Source: an uncultured Peptoniphilus sp. (lineage in GTDB: Bacteria > Bacillota > Clostridia > Tissierellales > Peptoniphilaceae). Taken from it: a stretch of DNA of 64,000 nucleotides. Position 1 is the first letter of the stretch; each line of letters starts with the position of its first letter. Both the position numbers and the translations under genes were made by a program. The DNA is taken from contig CAYFRD010000001.1 of the NCBI GenBank assembly GCA_964345555.1, positions 9,672 to 73,671 of the forward strand, given 5' to 3'. Below the pieces are notes generated by a model, which saw nothing but the letters and a program-made list of their open reading frames with translations, did no database searches and had not been told where the DNA came from. This document shows, one piece after another, positions 41,040 through 49,378 of the stretch.

Positions 41040-42611
41040 ATGAGCTCCAATTTTGAAACTTTACCCACTACGGTTTATCTTAACCCGAAATACAAACTTC
41101 AAATAATAAGAGCCGAACTGACCAGTGACTTGAACATAGCTGTAGACTTAATCAATTTAGGTGACAAAGAAGTACAGGAGATCACTTTTGAAGTTAAGTT
41201 TAAGGATAAATGCGAAAACTTATTTTTTAACGGCAGTTCCACTTTTTACACTGTAAAAGACCTTTCTGTAAAGGTGGGGGAAATATACTATCTCAAACCC
41301 ATACCTATAGATCAGAGGTTTGAAGATGCAAGAGCTATAATCATAAGGATCAGCTCCGTATCTCTTGAAAATTCCAAAATACACACTTACAATGATGAGG
41401 AATATCCTTTCACTCTGCCCGTGATTTCAGAAAATAAATCCAAAAGGCTAAAGGATGCTTTCGGTCCGGAAATCATAACCTATGCGGAAAATACTCCCAA
41501 GGGTTGGAGATGTGTTTGTGGAACTTTCAATGCCAAGGAATTATCCGAATGTCAAAACTGCAAAAGAAACAAGGATTTTGTCTTGTCTAATTTGACGGAA
41601 TCTCTCATCAACACCAAACTGGTTAATTTGATGTCCAACTCGGGATTTATAGACGAAAAAAACAAGGAGAATCTCAATTCTTTGACTCAAACTCAAATGA
41701 TAAAAATCGCTCCAACCACGGACATCATAGAAAAAAAGAGAATCAACAAAGAAATAGATGATAAAAATAAAGACAAAAGAAGAACCGTCGCTTCAATAAT
41801 CATGGGGATTATGACCATCGTAGCGCTTTTCGCGGCAATCAACTTCTATACCGCCTACAGGGACAACAGAAATTTTCAAGAAGCTAAAGCCTATCTTGAA
41901 AGAGGCGAATACAAGGAAGCCGTGAATAAACTGAAAGCTTTAAAAAATAATCCCGATTACGAAACCTCGCCTCTCTTTGAAAAAGCTCAAGCCCTCAGCA
42001 AATCCGAAAACTTTTACGAGGCCGGCAACAAGTTCATGTCCCAAGGAGAATTCATAGAAGCAATAAAGAACTATAAACAAGTGCTCTCCGAAGACAAAGA
42101 AAACTACGCCAATTCACAAAACAGAATATCGGAGTTGGAGGAGATCATACTTCAGGATGCCGAAAAACATGTTGAAAACAACGATTATGCCGGTGCTTTG
42201 AACCTGCTGAATCAATATATTTCAGTCATTGAAGAATCTGCAAAGGCTCAAAATATGAAAAACTTCATAATCAAATCAAATTCCTCTAAAAACACAGCCA
42301 ACTTAGACACGTCGGAGGAATATGTTGAGATAGAAAAAAGCAGAGCTGAAATAAGCAAAAAAGCAGAATCTCTCATCAATACCTATCAAAAAATCGCCAT
42401 TGAAAAGGCGAACTTGAGAACAGAACCATCCATTGAAGCAGAAATAATAACGGCACTGCCAAAGGACTCGGAGCTGTACATTTACAGCACAAAAATTGAA
42501 GGCGTTGAAAGAATATGGTGTGAAGTAAAAGCTGTAAACTCCGTGACCAAAGAGCAATTTGACGGCTGGATTTCAAGCAACACCATAGAATCTAAAACAA
42601 AAACCCCTTGA
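41040..42611 (+). CDS. Hypothetical single-pass membrane protein: N-terminal domain with zinc ribbon, TM helix, TPR-like helical region, C-terminal SH3b-like domain
   Basis: Start at ATG 41040 behind AAAGGAGG. It has a CxC...CxxC zinc-ribbon pattern (WRCVCGTFNAKELSECQNCKRN), a TM segment (VASIIMGIMTIVALFAAINFYTAY), TPR-like repeats (AKAYLERGEYKEAV, GNKFMSQGEFIEAI), and a C-terminus resembling SH3b (ANLRTEPSIEAEIITALPKDSELYIY...WCEVK). Confidence 0.6.
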   Translation: MSSNFETLPTTVYLNPKYKLQIIRAELTSDLNIAVDLINLGDKEVQEITFEVKFKDKCENLFFNGSSTFYTVKDLSVKVGEIYYLKPIPIDQRFEDARAIIIRISSVSLENSKIHTYNDEEYPFTLPVISENKSKRLKDAFGPEIITYAENTPKGWRCVCGTFNAKELSECQNCKRNKDFVLSNLTESLINTKLVNLMSNSGFIDEKNKENLNSLTQTQMIKIAPTTDIIEKKRINKEIDDKNKDKRRTVASIIMGIMTIVALFAAINFYTAYRDNRNFQEAKAYLERGEYKEAVNKLKALKNNPDYETSPLFEKAQALSKSENFYEAGNKFMSQGEFIEAIKNYKQVLSEDKENYANSQNRISELEEIILQDAEKHVENNDYAGALNLLNQYISVIEESAKAQNMKNFIIKSNSSKNTANLDTSEEYVEIEKSRAEISKKAESLINTYQKIAIEKANLRTEPSIEAEIITALPKDSELYIYSTKIEGVERIWCEVKAVNSVTKEQFDGWISSNTIESKTKTP

Positions 42612-42673
42612 CAAATACTCTCATTGAATAAATAATTGTTATTAAATTTTATCAATACTGAAAGGTGATGCAA

Positions 42674-43801
42674 ATGAAAATACTATGTGCGGGACCAACT
42701 TCCATAAATGAAAAAGTACTGGCTAAAATGAGTCTGTCAAAGACAAATCCGGATCTTGATCCTAATTACAAAAATTACTATGAATCCGTAGAACAAAAAT
42801 ACAATAAACTCATAAATACCGATGCAACCACATTTTTTATGTTGGGTGAAGCCATAATAACTTTGGAAGCCGCCATCTGCTCCTTGATGGAAAAAGGCGA
42901 ACGAGTTCTCATAATCTATAACGGATTTTTCGGCGAAGGCTTTGCTGAATACGTTGAGAACTTCGGCGGAAGAGCAGTAATGTACAAGGATGATTTCAGA
43001 AGAGGGATAAATATACATAATCTGGAAGAATATCTTGAAAAAGACCATGATTTCGCCCTTGCAACTCTAGTTCACTGCGAAACTCCGTCAGGAATTTCCA
43101 ACGACATAGCAAAAATCTGTAATCTTTTATCCAAATATAATATTTTATCCATAGTGGACAGTGTTTCAGGTGTAGGCGGAGAATATGTGGACTTTGATGA
43201 ATTTAAAGTTGATGCGTTGCTCTGCGGTTCGCAAAAATGCCTAAGTGCTCCTACAGGTATCGGAATGGTGACTCTGTCGGAAAAAGCAAAGGACAAGATT
43301 GAAAACAGAAAAGGCAAAATACCCAGTTATTACTTGAATTTTGCAAATTATTATTTCAACGATTTGGCACCATTTCCTTATACCGTAAATGAAAATCTGA
43401 TCTATGCCCTGGAAGAAGCCATAGATGAAGCCCTTTCCAAGGACTTTACAAATCTGCATGCGAAATACGCAGAGATAACAAGACAAAGTCTAATAAACTG
43501 CGGATTCGAACTATATGCAAAGGATTATTTTTCAAATACAGTCACCACCGTCCTAAACCCAGAAGGTATAGAAAGCGAACAGATTTTAGAAAAGATGAGA
43601 AAAAGAAATATTGCCATATCCAAGGGTGTCGGCGATATCACGGAAAAAGTCTTCAGAATAGGTCATATGGGTAACAATATCAATTACGACGATTTTGTCC
43701 TGCTCTTTAAAAATCTCGATGAGGTATTTGCAGAACTGGGCATAGAATTAAAGGACTCACTTGAGAAAAACTTCATCAACCTATATGATGAATACAAATA
43801 G
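42674..43801 (+). CDS. Class V pyridoxal-phosphate-dependent aminotransferase (serine-pyruvate/alanine-glyoxylate type)
   Basis: PLP-lysine context GSQKCLSAPTG; about 375 aa. The start is moved to ATG 42674 behind AAAGGTGA. Confidence 0.8.
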   Translation: MKILCAGPTSINEKVLAKMSLSKTNPDLDPNYKNYYESVEQKYNKLINTDATTFFMLGEAIITLEAAICSLMEKGERVLIIYNGFFGEGFAEYVENFGGRAVMYKDDFRRGINIHNLEEYLEKDHDFALATLVHCETPSGISNDIAKICNLLSKYNILSIVDSVSGVGGEYVDFDEFKVDALLCGSQKCLSAPTGIGMVTLSEKAKDKIENRKGKIPSYYLNFANYYFNDLAPFPYTVNENLIYALEEAIDEALSKDFTNLHAKYAEITRQSLINCGFELYAKDYFSNTVTTVLNPEGIESEQILEKMRKRNIAISKGVGDITEKVFRIGHMGNNINYDDFVLLFKNLDEVFAELGIELKDSLEKNFINLYDEYK

Positions 43802-43815
43802 AACGGAGGAATAGA

Positions 43816-44520
43816 ATGAGTAGATTTATAGCTGATAAAAGTTTTTTTGAATTATTTCCCGAGGCTAAACTTGGAGTCTTATTGATAAAAAATATGGAAA
43901 ATTCAGACGACAGCCCCATTGAAGTAAAAAAAATGCTTTTAGCAGCCAACGAAGAAGCGGAAAAATATCTTGTGAAAAGTCAAATGAGTGAAAATCCCGT
44001 AGTAGCTGTTTGGAGAGATGCCTTTAAAAAATTCAAGACAAAGAAAGGTGCAAGATGTTCCATTGAAGCACTTTTAAAAAGAGTGGAAAGTGGAAATATC
44101 GTAGGATCAATAAATACCCTTGTGGACATATACAACTCGGCATCTTTAAAGTACGGAATGCCCTGCGGATCGGAAGACTCCGACAAATTCGTAGGAGATA
44201 TGAAACTCACCGTCACAGAGGGCGACGACGAATTCTACGCCATAGGCTCCACGAGAAACGAACCCACCTATCCCGGTGAACTCTGCTATAAAGACGATGC
44301 AGGGGCAGTTTGCAGATGCTTTAACTGGAGAGACGGACAAAGAACTATGATCTCCGAAGACACAAAAAACGCCTTTCTAATAATGGAACTTGTTGATATG
44401 GAAAGATTTGAAGAATTAAAAGAAGCTCTTCAATTTATAAAGGAAAATGCAGAAAAATATTTGAAAGCAGATGTTTCAATGCATATATTGGATAAAGACA
44501 ACAGCGAAGTTGAACTGTAG
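43816..44520 (+). CDS. B3/B4 domain protein (PheRS beta-subunit-related, COG3382-like)
   Basis: 234 aa with pattern EAKLGVLLIKNMEN...VAVWRDAFKKFKTKKGARCSIEALLKRV...INTLVDIYN. GGAGG SD. Confidence 0.65.
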   Translation: MSRFIADKSFFELFPEAKLGVLLIKNMENSDDSPIEVKKMLLAANEEAEKYLVKSQMSENPVVAVWRDAFKKFKTKKGARCSIEALLKRVESGNIVGSINTLVDIYNSASLKYGMPCGSEDSDKFVGDMKLTVTEGDDEFYAIGSTRNEPTYPGELCYKDDAGAVCRCFNWRDGQRTMISEDTKNAFLIMELVDMERFEELKEALQFIKENAEKYLKADVSMHILDKDNSEVEL

Positions 44521-44703
44521 CAATCAGCCCCGGCTAGACCAGGGTTTTCTCATGTGATCCAAAGAGGTTGTATTACAACACAACATCGGTTAACTTGGTA
44601 ACGAGCGTGTTGCTATGCCCCGCAAAAAATGGATCCAATGTTGAATGTATGAGATGATGTCTTAATTTTACCTAAAAATAACGATGAAGCACCAACTATA
44701 CAG

Positions 44704-44733
44704 AAAATCCCCGGATTATTCCGAGGATTTTTT
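44704..44733. terminator. Bidirectional intrinsic terminator
   Basis: AAAATCCCCGG / CCGAGGATTTT (one mismatch, 6-nt loop), with an A-run on the left and a T-run on the right. It lies 17 nt after the stop of the minus-strand gene at 44750 and 184 nt after the plus-strand stop at 44520. Confidence 0.65.
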
Positions 44734-44749
44734 ACTTAATTACTTATTC

Positions 44750-45079
44750 TTAATATGTTCTTCCTCCCGGAATGAACATATCCACTATTCCCAAGATAAA
44801 AGCTCCTATCAAAGCTCCCAAAATTGAAACATCGAATCCGACTACCAATTTACCTGCTACAAAAAGAACCAAAGCTGCAACTAAGAAACCTGTAACTCCC
44901 TTGCCCGTTGGAGAAGGATCGACTCCCAAAAATTTATTTACCACCCAGTCAAGCAAACCTATAGCAATGGCTGCCACAATTGCCGCTCCAAAATTTTGAA
45001 CGCTCATTCCGGGAGCCAAAAAAGCTGCCAACCATACAGCAACACCCGACGCAAGTATCTTTAACAATAAACTTATCAT
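44750..45079 (-). CDS. YvlD-like 4-TM membrane protein (phage holin superfamily IV family)
   Basis: Start at ATG 45079 behind GGGAGG. MISLLLKILASGVAVWLAAFLAPGMSVQNFGAAIVAAIAIGLLDWVVN resembles the YvlD/PF04020 pattern. Confidence 0.6.
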   Translation of the reverse strand: MISLLLKILASGVAVWLAAFLAPGMSVQNFGAAIVAAIAIGLLDWVVNKFLGVDPSPTGKGVTGFLVAALVLFVAGKLVVGFDVSILGALIGAFILGIVDMFIPGGRTY

Positions 45080-45203
45080 AAATTCCTCCCGTTTAATAAA
45101 ATTTGTTACATTTTTTATATACCCACAATCTAACCATCTCAAATCTTTCATTAAATCTTTTCCTGTGTTATTATCCTGTTAGTGATGATTTTAAGGAGGT
45201 TTT

Positions 45204-45362
45204 ATGAAAAAATATTCTATAATATTCTTCACTTCTTTGTCTATACTTTTGACAACTTACTTTTTGGCACATGTTATCACAATGGGAAATTTTGAATATG
45301 TTTTTTTGTTCTTATTATCAGTAAATAATGTAATTCTATATTACTTTATAAAGGAGAAATAA
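45204..45362 (+). CDS. Small hydrophobic protein (52 aa, two predicted TM segments)
   Basis: Below the ORF-track size cutoff. ATG 45204 lies 6 nt after TAAGGAGG. Translation: MKKYSIIFFTSLSILLTTYFLAHVITMGNFEYVFLFLLSVNNVILYYFIKEK. Confidence 0.45.
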   Translation: MKKYSIIFFTSLSILLTTYFLAHVITMGNFEYVFLFLLSVNNVILYYFIKEK

Positions 45363-45453
45363 TTAAAATAAAATATTTTTCTCATATTTTAAATTATTGT
45401 TTAATACAGTTGGTGTATAATTGTACCAACCATATTAATCACGAGGTGATCTT

Positions 45454-46473
45454 TTGATAAAAAATTACAAAGCGGAAAAACCCTCCACCTGGAGTGGTAG
45501 AATAGATTCCGAAACAGATTTCGACTCCTTTAGATGGCACCAATGGGTCGACGTTATAGATCTAAATGATGAAAATTTAGAACCCTTTGACGGAACTTTA
45601 GCCTTCGGGATATTAGGCTTCGAATGCGATCAAGGCATCGGTTTAAACAAAGGCAGAGTGGGTGCCGCCGCCGGACCCGAAAGCATAAGAGCAGCCCTTG
45701 CCAATCTCCCCTGTCAATTTAACGAAGATATCAAACTCTTCGACTGCGGAAATGTATTTCCTGAAGGCTTGACCTTGGACCAAGCTCAACAATACCTTGG
45801 CGATGCCGTCGAGAGAATTTTAAACTTAAATATGTTTCCTCTGGTTATAGGAGGCGGTCATGAAACGGCCTACGGTCATTTCTTAGGACTTTTTAAACAC
45901 TACAAGGACAGGGGAAATATAGGTGTAATAAACTTCGATGCACATTTCGACACAAGACCATATGAAGAAAACGGCAGCTCTTCAGGCACAATGTTCAGAC
46001 AAATAAGAGATCTGGAATTGGAAAACGGTCACGAGTACAACTACAAGGTTATCGGCATCCAAAAGCACTCAAATACCAAGAGCCTGTTTAACTTTGCAGA
46101 GGAAAATAACGTAAAGTACATCTTGGCTAAGGATATTGTAAACGGTGATATAACTGCATATTTCGAAGAAATTGACGAGTTTATCCATGGTGTGGACTAC
46201 CTATACATAACCGTGGATATAGACGTGTTTTCCACCGCCTATGCCCCCGGTGTAAGTGCTCCAACTCCTCTTGGACTTGACCCTGAAAAAGCACTCATGT
46301 TTATAAAATACATCCTTTCCCATGAAAAAGTCATCAGCTTCGACGTAGTGGAAGTCTCACCCCGATTTGATGAAGACAATACCACATCAACCCTCGCAGC
46401 AATAGTGCTATTTACCTTTGTGACAAAACTCTCCACTATGAAAACGAGAAAGAAAAATTTAAAAAATAAATAA
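45454..46473 (+). CDS. hutG: Formimidoylglutamase (arginase superfamily)
   Basis: TTG start behind GAGGTGA. N-terminal WSGRID...RWHQ is typical of HutG. Metal-binding motifs GGGHE, DAHFD and TVDIDV are present. Confidence 0.8.
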   Translation: MIKNYKAEKPSTWSGRIDSETDFDSFRWHQWVDVIDLNDENLEPFDGTLAFGILGFECDQGIGLNKGRVGAAAGPESIRAALANLPCQFNEDIKLFDCGNVFPEGLTLDQAQQYLGDAVERILNLNMFPLVIGGGHETAYGHFLGLFKHYKDRGNIGVINFDAHFDTRPYEENGSSSGTMFRQIRDLELENGHEYNYKVIGIQKHSNTKSLFNFAEENNVKYILAKDIVNGDITAYFEEIDEFIHGVDYLYITVDIDVFSTAYAPGVSAPTPLGLDPEKALMFIKYILSHEKVISFDVVEVSPRFDEDNTTSTLAAIVLFTFVTKLSTMKTRKKNLKNK

Positions 46474-46481
46474 AATATTAT

Positions 46482-46518
46482 AAACCATAACCACCTATCT
46501 AATAGGTGGTTATGGTTT
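46482..46518. terminator. Bidirectional intrinsic terminator (perfect 16-bp stem)
   Basis: AAACCATAACCACCTA (46482..46497) / TAGGTGGTTATGGTTT (46503..46518), between convergent hutG and the uvrA-like gene. Confidence 0.85.
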
Positions 46519-46522
46519 TCTT

Positions 46523-48781
46523 TTATCCGATTTTTAAAAATCTTCTTAAATGACTTGCGGTATAAGAGTTGTTACACTTGATAAAATCAACTGGATAGCC
46601 TTGAAACAATAAATTTCCGCCAAGATTTCCTCCCTTTGGTCCAAGGTCTATAATCCAATCAGCTTGGCTTATAACCGACAAATTATGCTCTATTATGATT
46701 AATGTATTTCCTCTAATCACCAGTTCACTAATCAGTTCTATTAATTGTTCAATATCCGCTTCGTGCAATCCTGTAGTAGGTTCGTCTAAAATAATGATTC
46801 CAGATGGGTTTTGAGATAACATTTGGGCTATCTTTAATCTTTGCAATTCCCCTCCGGAAAATGTATCCAGTGTTTGGCCAAGTTCTATGTAAGAAAGGTT
46901 TGCTTTAATGACAGATTCCAAAGTATTTTTTATTGTAGAGTTGTCATAGAATATATCTATTGCTTCTCTAACTGTCATATCAAGAATTTCGCTTATATTT
47001 TTACCTCTATATGAATATAAGAGTGCTTGCTCATTAAATCTTTTTCCATGACACTTCTCACAAATTTGTCGTGTTTCTCCAAGGTAAGCTAAGTCAAGTT
47101 TAATCATCCCTTTTCCTTTGCATTGAGGACAAGCTCCTTTCCCATTTGCAGAAAATAAGGATATGTCTGCATTATTCTTTCGACTGAAAGTTTTTCTGAT
47201 TTCATTGAATATATTTAAATAAGTGGTTATGTTGGAACGTCCGGAAGTGCGAGGAAGGCCCTGATCCAAAATCGCTGAATTGGGATATTTACTTTTAAAA
47301 ATCTCCTGTATTAATGTGCTTTTCCCGGAACCTGCAACTCCTGTTACCAAAGTTATTGCTTTTTCAGGAATCTTTATAGAGATGTTTTTGATATTATTTT
47401 TTGAAACATTCTCCAGTATATAATAATTCGAAAATTTTTTCTCATCTGAATTAATATGATGTTCTTTCAAAAATGCTTTAGCTGTGACCGTTTCAGATTG
47501 TAATAATTTTTCAAAAGTCCCTTGAAAGGTTATTTTCCCGCCGTCAATTCCGGCTCCTTCTCCAAAATTTATCACTTCGTCTGCAATTGCAATCATATCC
47601 CGGTCGTGATCTACGAATAAAACAGAGTTTCCTCTATTTTTTATTTCTTTAAAAATATCGGTTATTCCTTTAATATCCTGAGGATGCAAACCAACACTTG
47701 GTTCATCAAAAATATAGAGCACATCGGATAACGAACTGTTCATATATTTTACCATCTTAATTCTCTGTGATTCTCCACCGGATAGGGTGTTTATAGGCTG
47801 ATTTAATTTTAAATAATCTAAACCTACAGTGGATAAGCTTTTCAATTTTATTTTCAATTCCTCAGTAATGATAGATACTTTTTCATCTTTAATGGTGTTA
47901 ACAAAATCAAATAAATCATTAATGTCCATATCACAGCAATCTGCAATGGATTTATCCATTATCTTAGCACTTAACACTTCATCATTTAATCTGGTGCCAT
48001 GACATACAGGGCATGTAGTTGTTATTAAAATTCTATCTAAATCTTTTTTATACTTTGTATTTTCTACATTGACAAAACTATCCATAATTCGCGGAACTAC
48101 ACCTATATATTTTGCTGTTTTATGCCAATTTGCTCCGGGGCTTACCGGTTTAATTTCAGGTGAATCCAAGAGTAAATCAAGCTCTTCACTTGAGTAATCA
48201 GATATTTTTTTATCATTATCAAAGAATCCGGACTCTGTATATCTTGTCAATCTCCATCCTCCATTTTGGAAAGTGGGAAATTTAATGGCATTTTCCTTTA
48301 AAGGTCTGTCAAAGTCAATTAAATTTTCAACGTCAATTGACTTAACTTCGCCCAAGCCTTTGCAATTTTTGCACATTCCTTCCGGATTATTGAAGGAATA
48401 TTTCATTGAATAGCCGATAAAGGGTACTGCGATTCTCGAATAAAGCAGCCTTAGACCTGAGTAAATGCCTGTAAATGTTGCAACTGTTGAGCGAGAATTT
48501 CCATAAATTCTTTTTTGATTAATAATCAATGAAACCGGAAGATTGGATATGGAATCAACAACAGGTTTTGGATATTTCGGCAACAGGTTTTGAATATAGC
48601 CGGAGTAAGTTTCATTTAAAAGCCTTTGAGATTCACTTGCTACGGTATCAAATACCAATGATGATTTGCCTGAACCTGAAACTCCTGTAACGGCTACTAT
48701 TTTATGCTTGGGGATATTAAGTGAAACATTTTTGAGATTATTTGTAGAAGCATTTTTTATCTCTATAAATTCATTCATCAC
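46523..48781 (-). CDS. UvrA paralogue lacking the UvrB-binding domain (UvrA-like ABC ATPase)
   Basis: 752 aa. Two ABC modules ([18 protein letters not shown] and GVAGSGKSTL/FSGGELQR) and zinc modules. Compared with the canonical UvrA in this window, the sequence runs directly from LLYSRIAVPF to FNNPEGMCKNCKGLG, so the ~135-aa UvrB-binding segment is missing. Confidence 0.88.
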   Translation of the reverse strand: MMNEFIEIKNASTNNLKNVSLNIPKHKIVAVTGVSGSGKSSLVFDTVASESQRLLNETYSGYIQNLLPKYPKPVVDSISNLPVSLIINQKRIYGNSRSTVATFTGIYSGLRLLYSRIAVPFIGYSMKYSFNNPEGMCKNCKGLGEVKSIDVENLIDFDRPLKENAIKFPTFQNGGWRLTRYTESGFFDNDKKISDYSSEELDLLLDSPEIKPVSPGANWHKTAKYIGVVPRIMDSFVNVENTKYKKDLDRILITTTCPVCHGTRLNDEVLSAKIMDKSIADCCDMDINDLFDFVNTIKDEKVSIITEELKIKLKSLSTVGLDYLKLNQPINTLSGGESQRIKMVKYMNSSLSDVLYIFDEPSVGLHPQDIKGITDIFKEIKNRGNSVLFVDHDRDMIAIADEVINFGEGAGIDGGKITFQGTFEKLLQSETVTAKAFLKEHHINSDEKKFSNYYILENVSKNNIKNISIKIPEKAITLVTGVAGSGKSTLIQEIFKSKYPNSAILDQGLPRTSGRSNITTYLNIFNEIRKTFSRKNNADISLFSANGKGACPQCKGKGMIKLDLAYLGETRQICEKCHGKRFNEQALLYSYRGKNISEILDMTVREAIDIFYDNSTIKNTLESVIKANLSYIELGQTLDTFSGGELQRLKIAQMLSQNPSGIIILDEPTTGLHEADIEQLIELISELVIRGNTLIIIEHNLSVISQADWIIDLGPKGGNLGGNLLFQGYPVDFIKCNNSYTASHLRRFLKIG

Positions 48782-49199
48782 TATCTATTCTCTCCTGTCT
48801 TAATCCCTTTGATAATTTTTTTGCTAAAGAAGCAAATATTTGTTGTTCTTCCTTTGTAAAAGTTTTTAGGGCAGTTTGATAAAGCATAGTATGCTTCGCA
48901 GAAATATCATCTAACAATATTTTGCCCTCAACAGTAATAGAGGTGTATAGCTCCCTTCCGTCCAATTGATTCGGTGATTGCTTAATATATCCATAAGATT
49001 TTAGACCTTTTAAGGATTTTGAGAGCTTTGTGCGTGTCGTTCCCAATATGATGCTTAATTTTGACGGTAAAGTTTCTCCTTCTTTTGCTAATTGGTATAA
49101 AATATCGTACTGTAACCAAGTGATCTTTTTGGGATTCACCAAGGTTCTTTCAGCAACCATTTCACACTGTAAATCTATTAGAGATGTTTTTAGGTCCAT
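48771..49199 (-). CDS. MarR-family transcriptional regulator
   Basis: Winged HTH (WLQYDILYQLAKEGETLPSKLSIILGTTRTKLSKSLKGLKSYGYIK). The start is moved to ATG 49199 (MDLKTSL) behind GGAGGA. The 3' end overlaps the uvrA-like gene by 11 nt. Confidence 0.85.
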   Translation of the reverse strand: MDLKTSLIDLQCEMVAERTLVNPKKITWLQYDILYQLAKEGETLPSKLSIILGTTRTKLSKSLKGLKSYGYIKQSPNQLDGRELYTSITVEGKILLDDISAKHTMLYQTALKTFTKEEQQIFASLAKKLSKGLRQERIDSDE

Positions 49200-49214
49200 T
49201 ATTATTTCCTCCGC

Positions 49215-49242
49215 AATATAATTTCTATATAGCAATTATATT
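49215..49242. promoter_or_regulatory. 28-nt near-perfect palindrome AATATAATT-t-CTATATAG-c-AATTATATT; candidate MarR operator
   Basis: 9-bp arms at 49215..49223 and 49234..49242, with an internal palindrome CTATATAG. It lies 16-44 nt upstream of the marR start. Confidence 0.5.
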
Positions 49243-49295
49243 ATAACGGCAATTGTATTTGAAGCTTTTATTTAATATTTTTACCGACTCATAAA

Positions 49296-49336
49296 TATAA
49301 AAATCGACACAAAGGAATTAACCTTTATGCCGATTT
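49296..49336 (-). terminator. Intrinsic terminator after ppk1
   Basis: Minus strand: AAATCGGCATAAAGG-TTAATT-CCTTTGTGTCGATTT (imperfect) followed by TTTTTATATTT. Confidence 0.6.
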
Positions 49337-49378
49337 GTTTCAGTATTAAAATTTTTAATAAATCCAATTTATGTGAGC

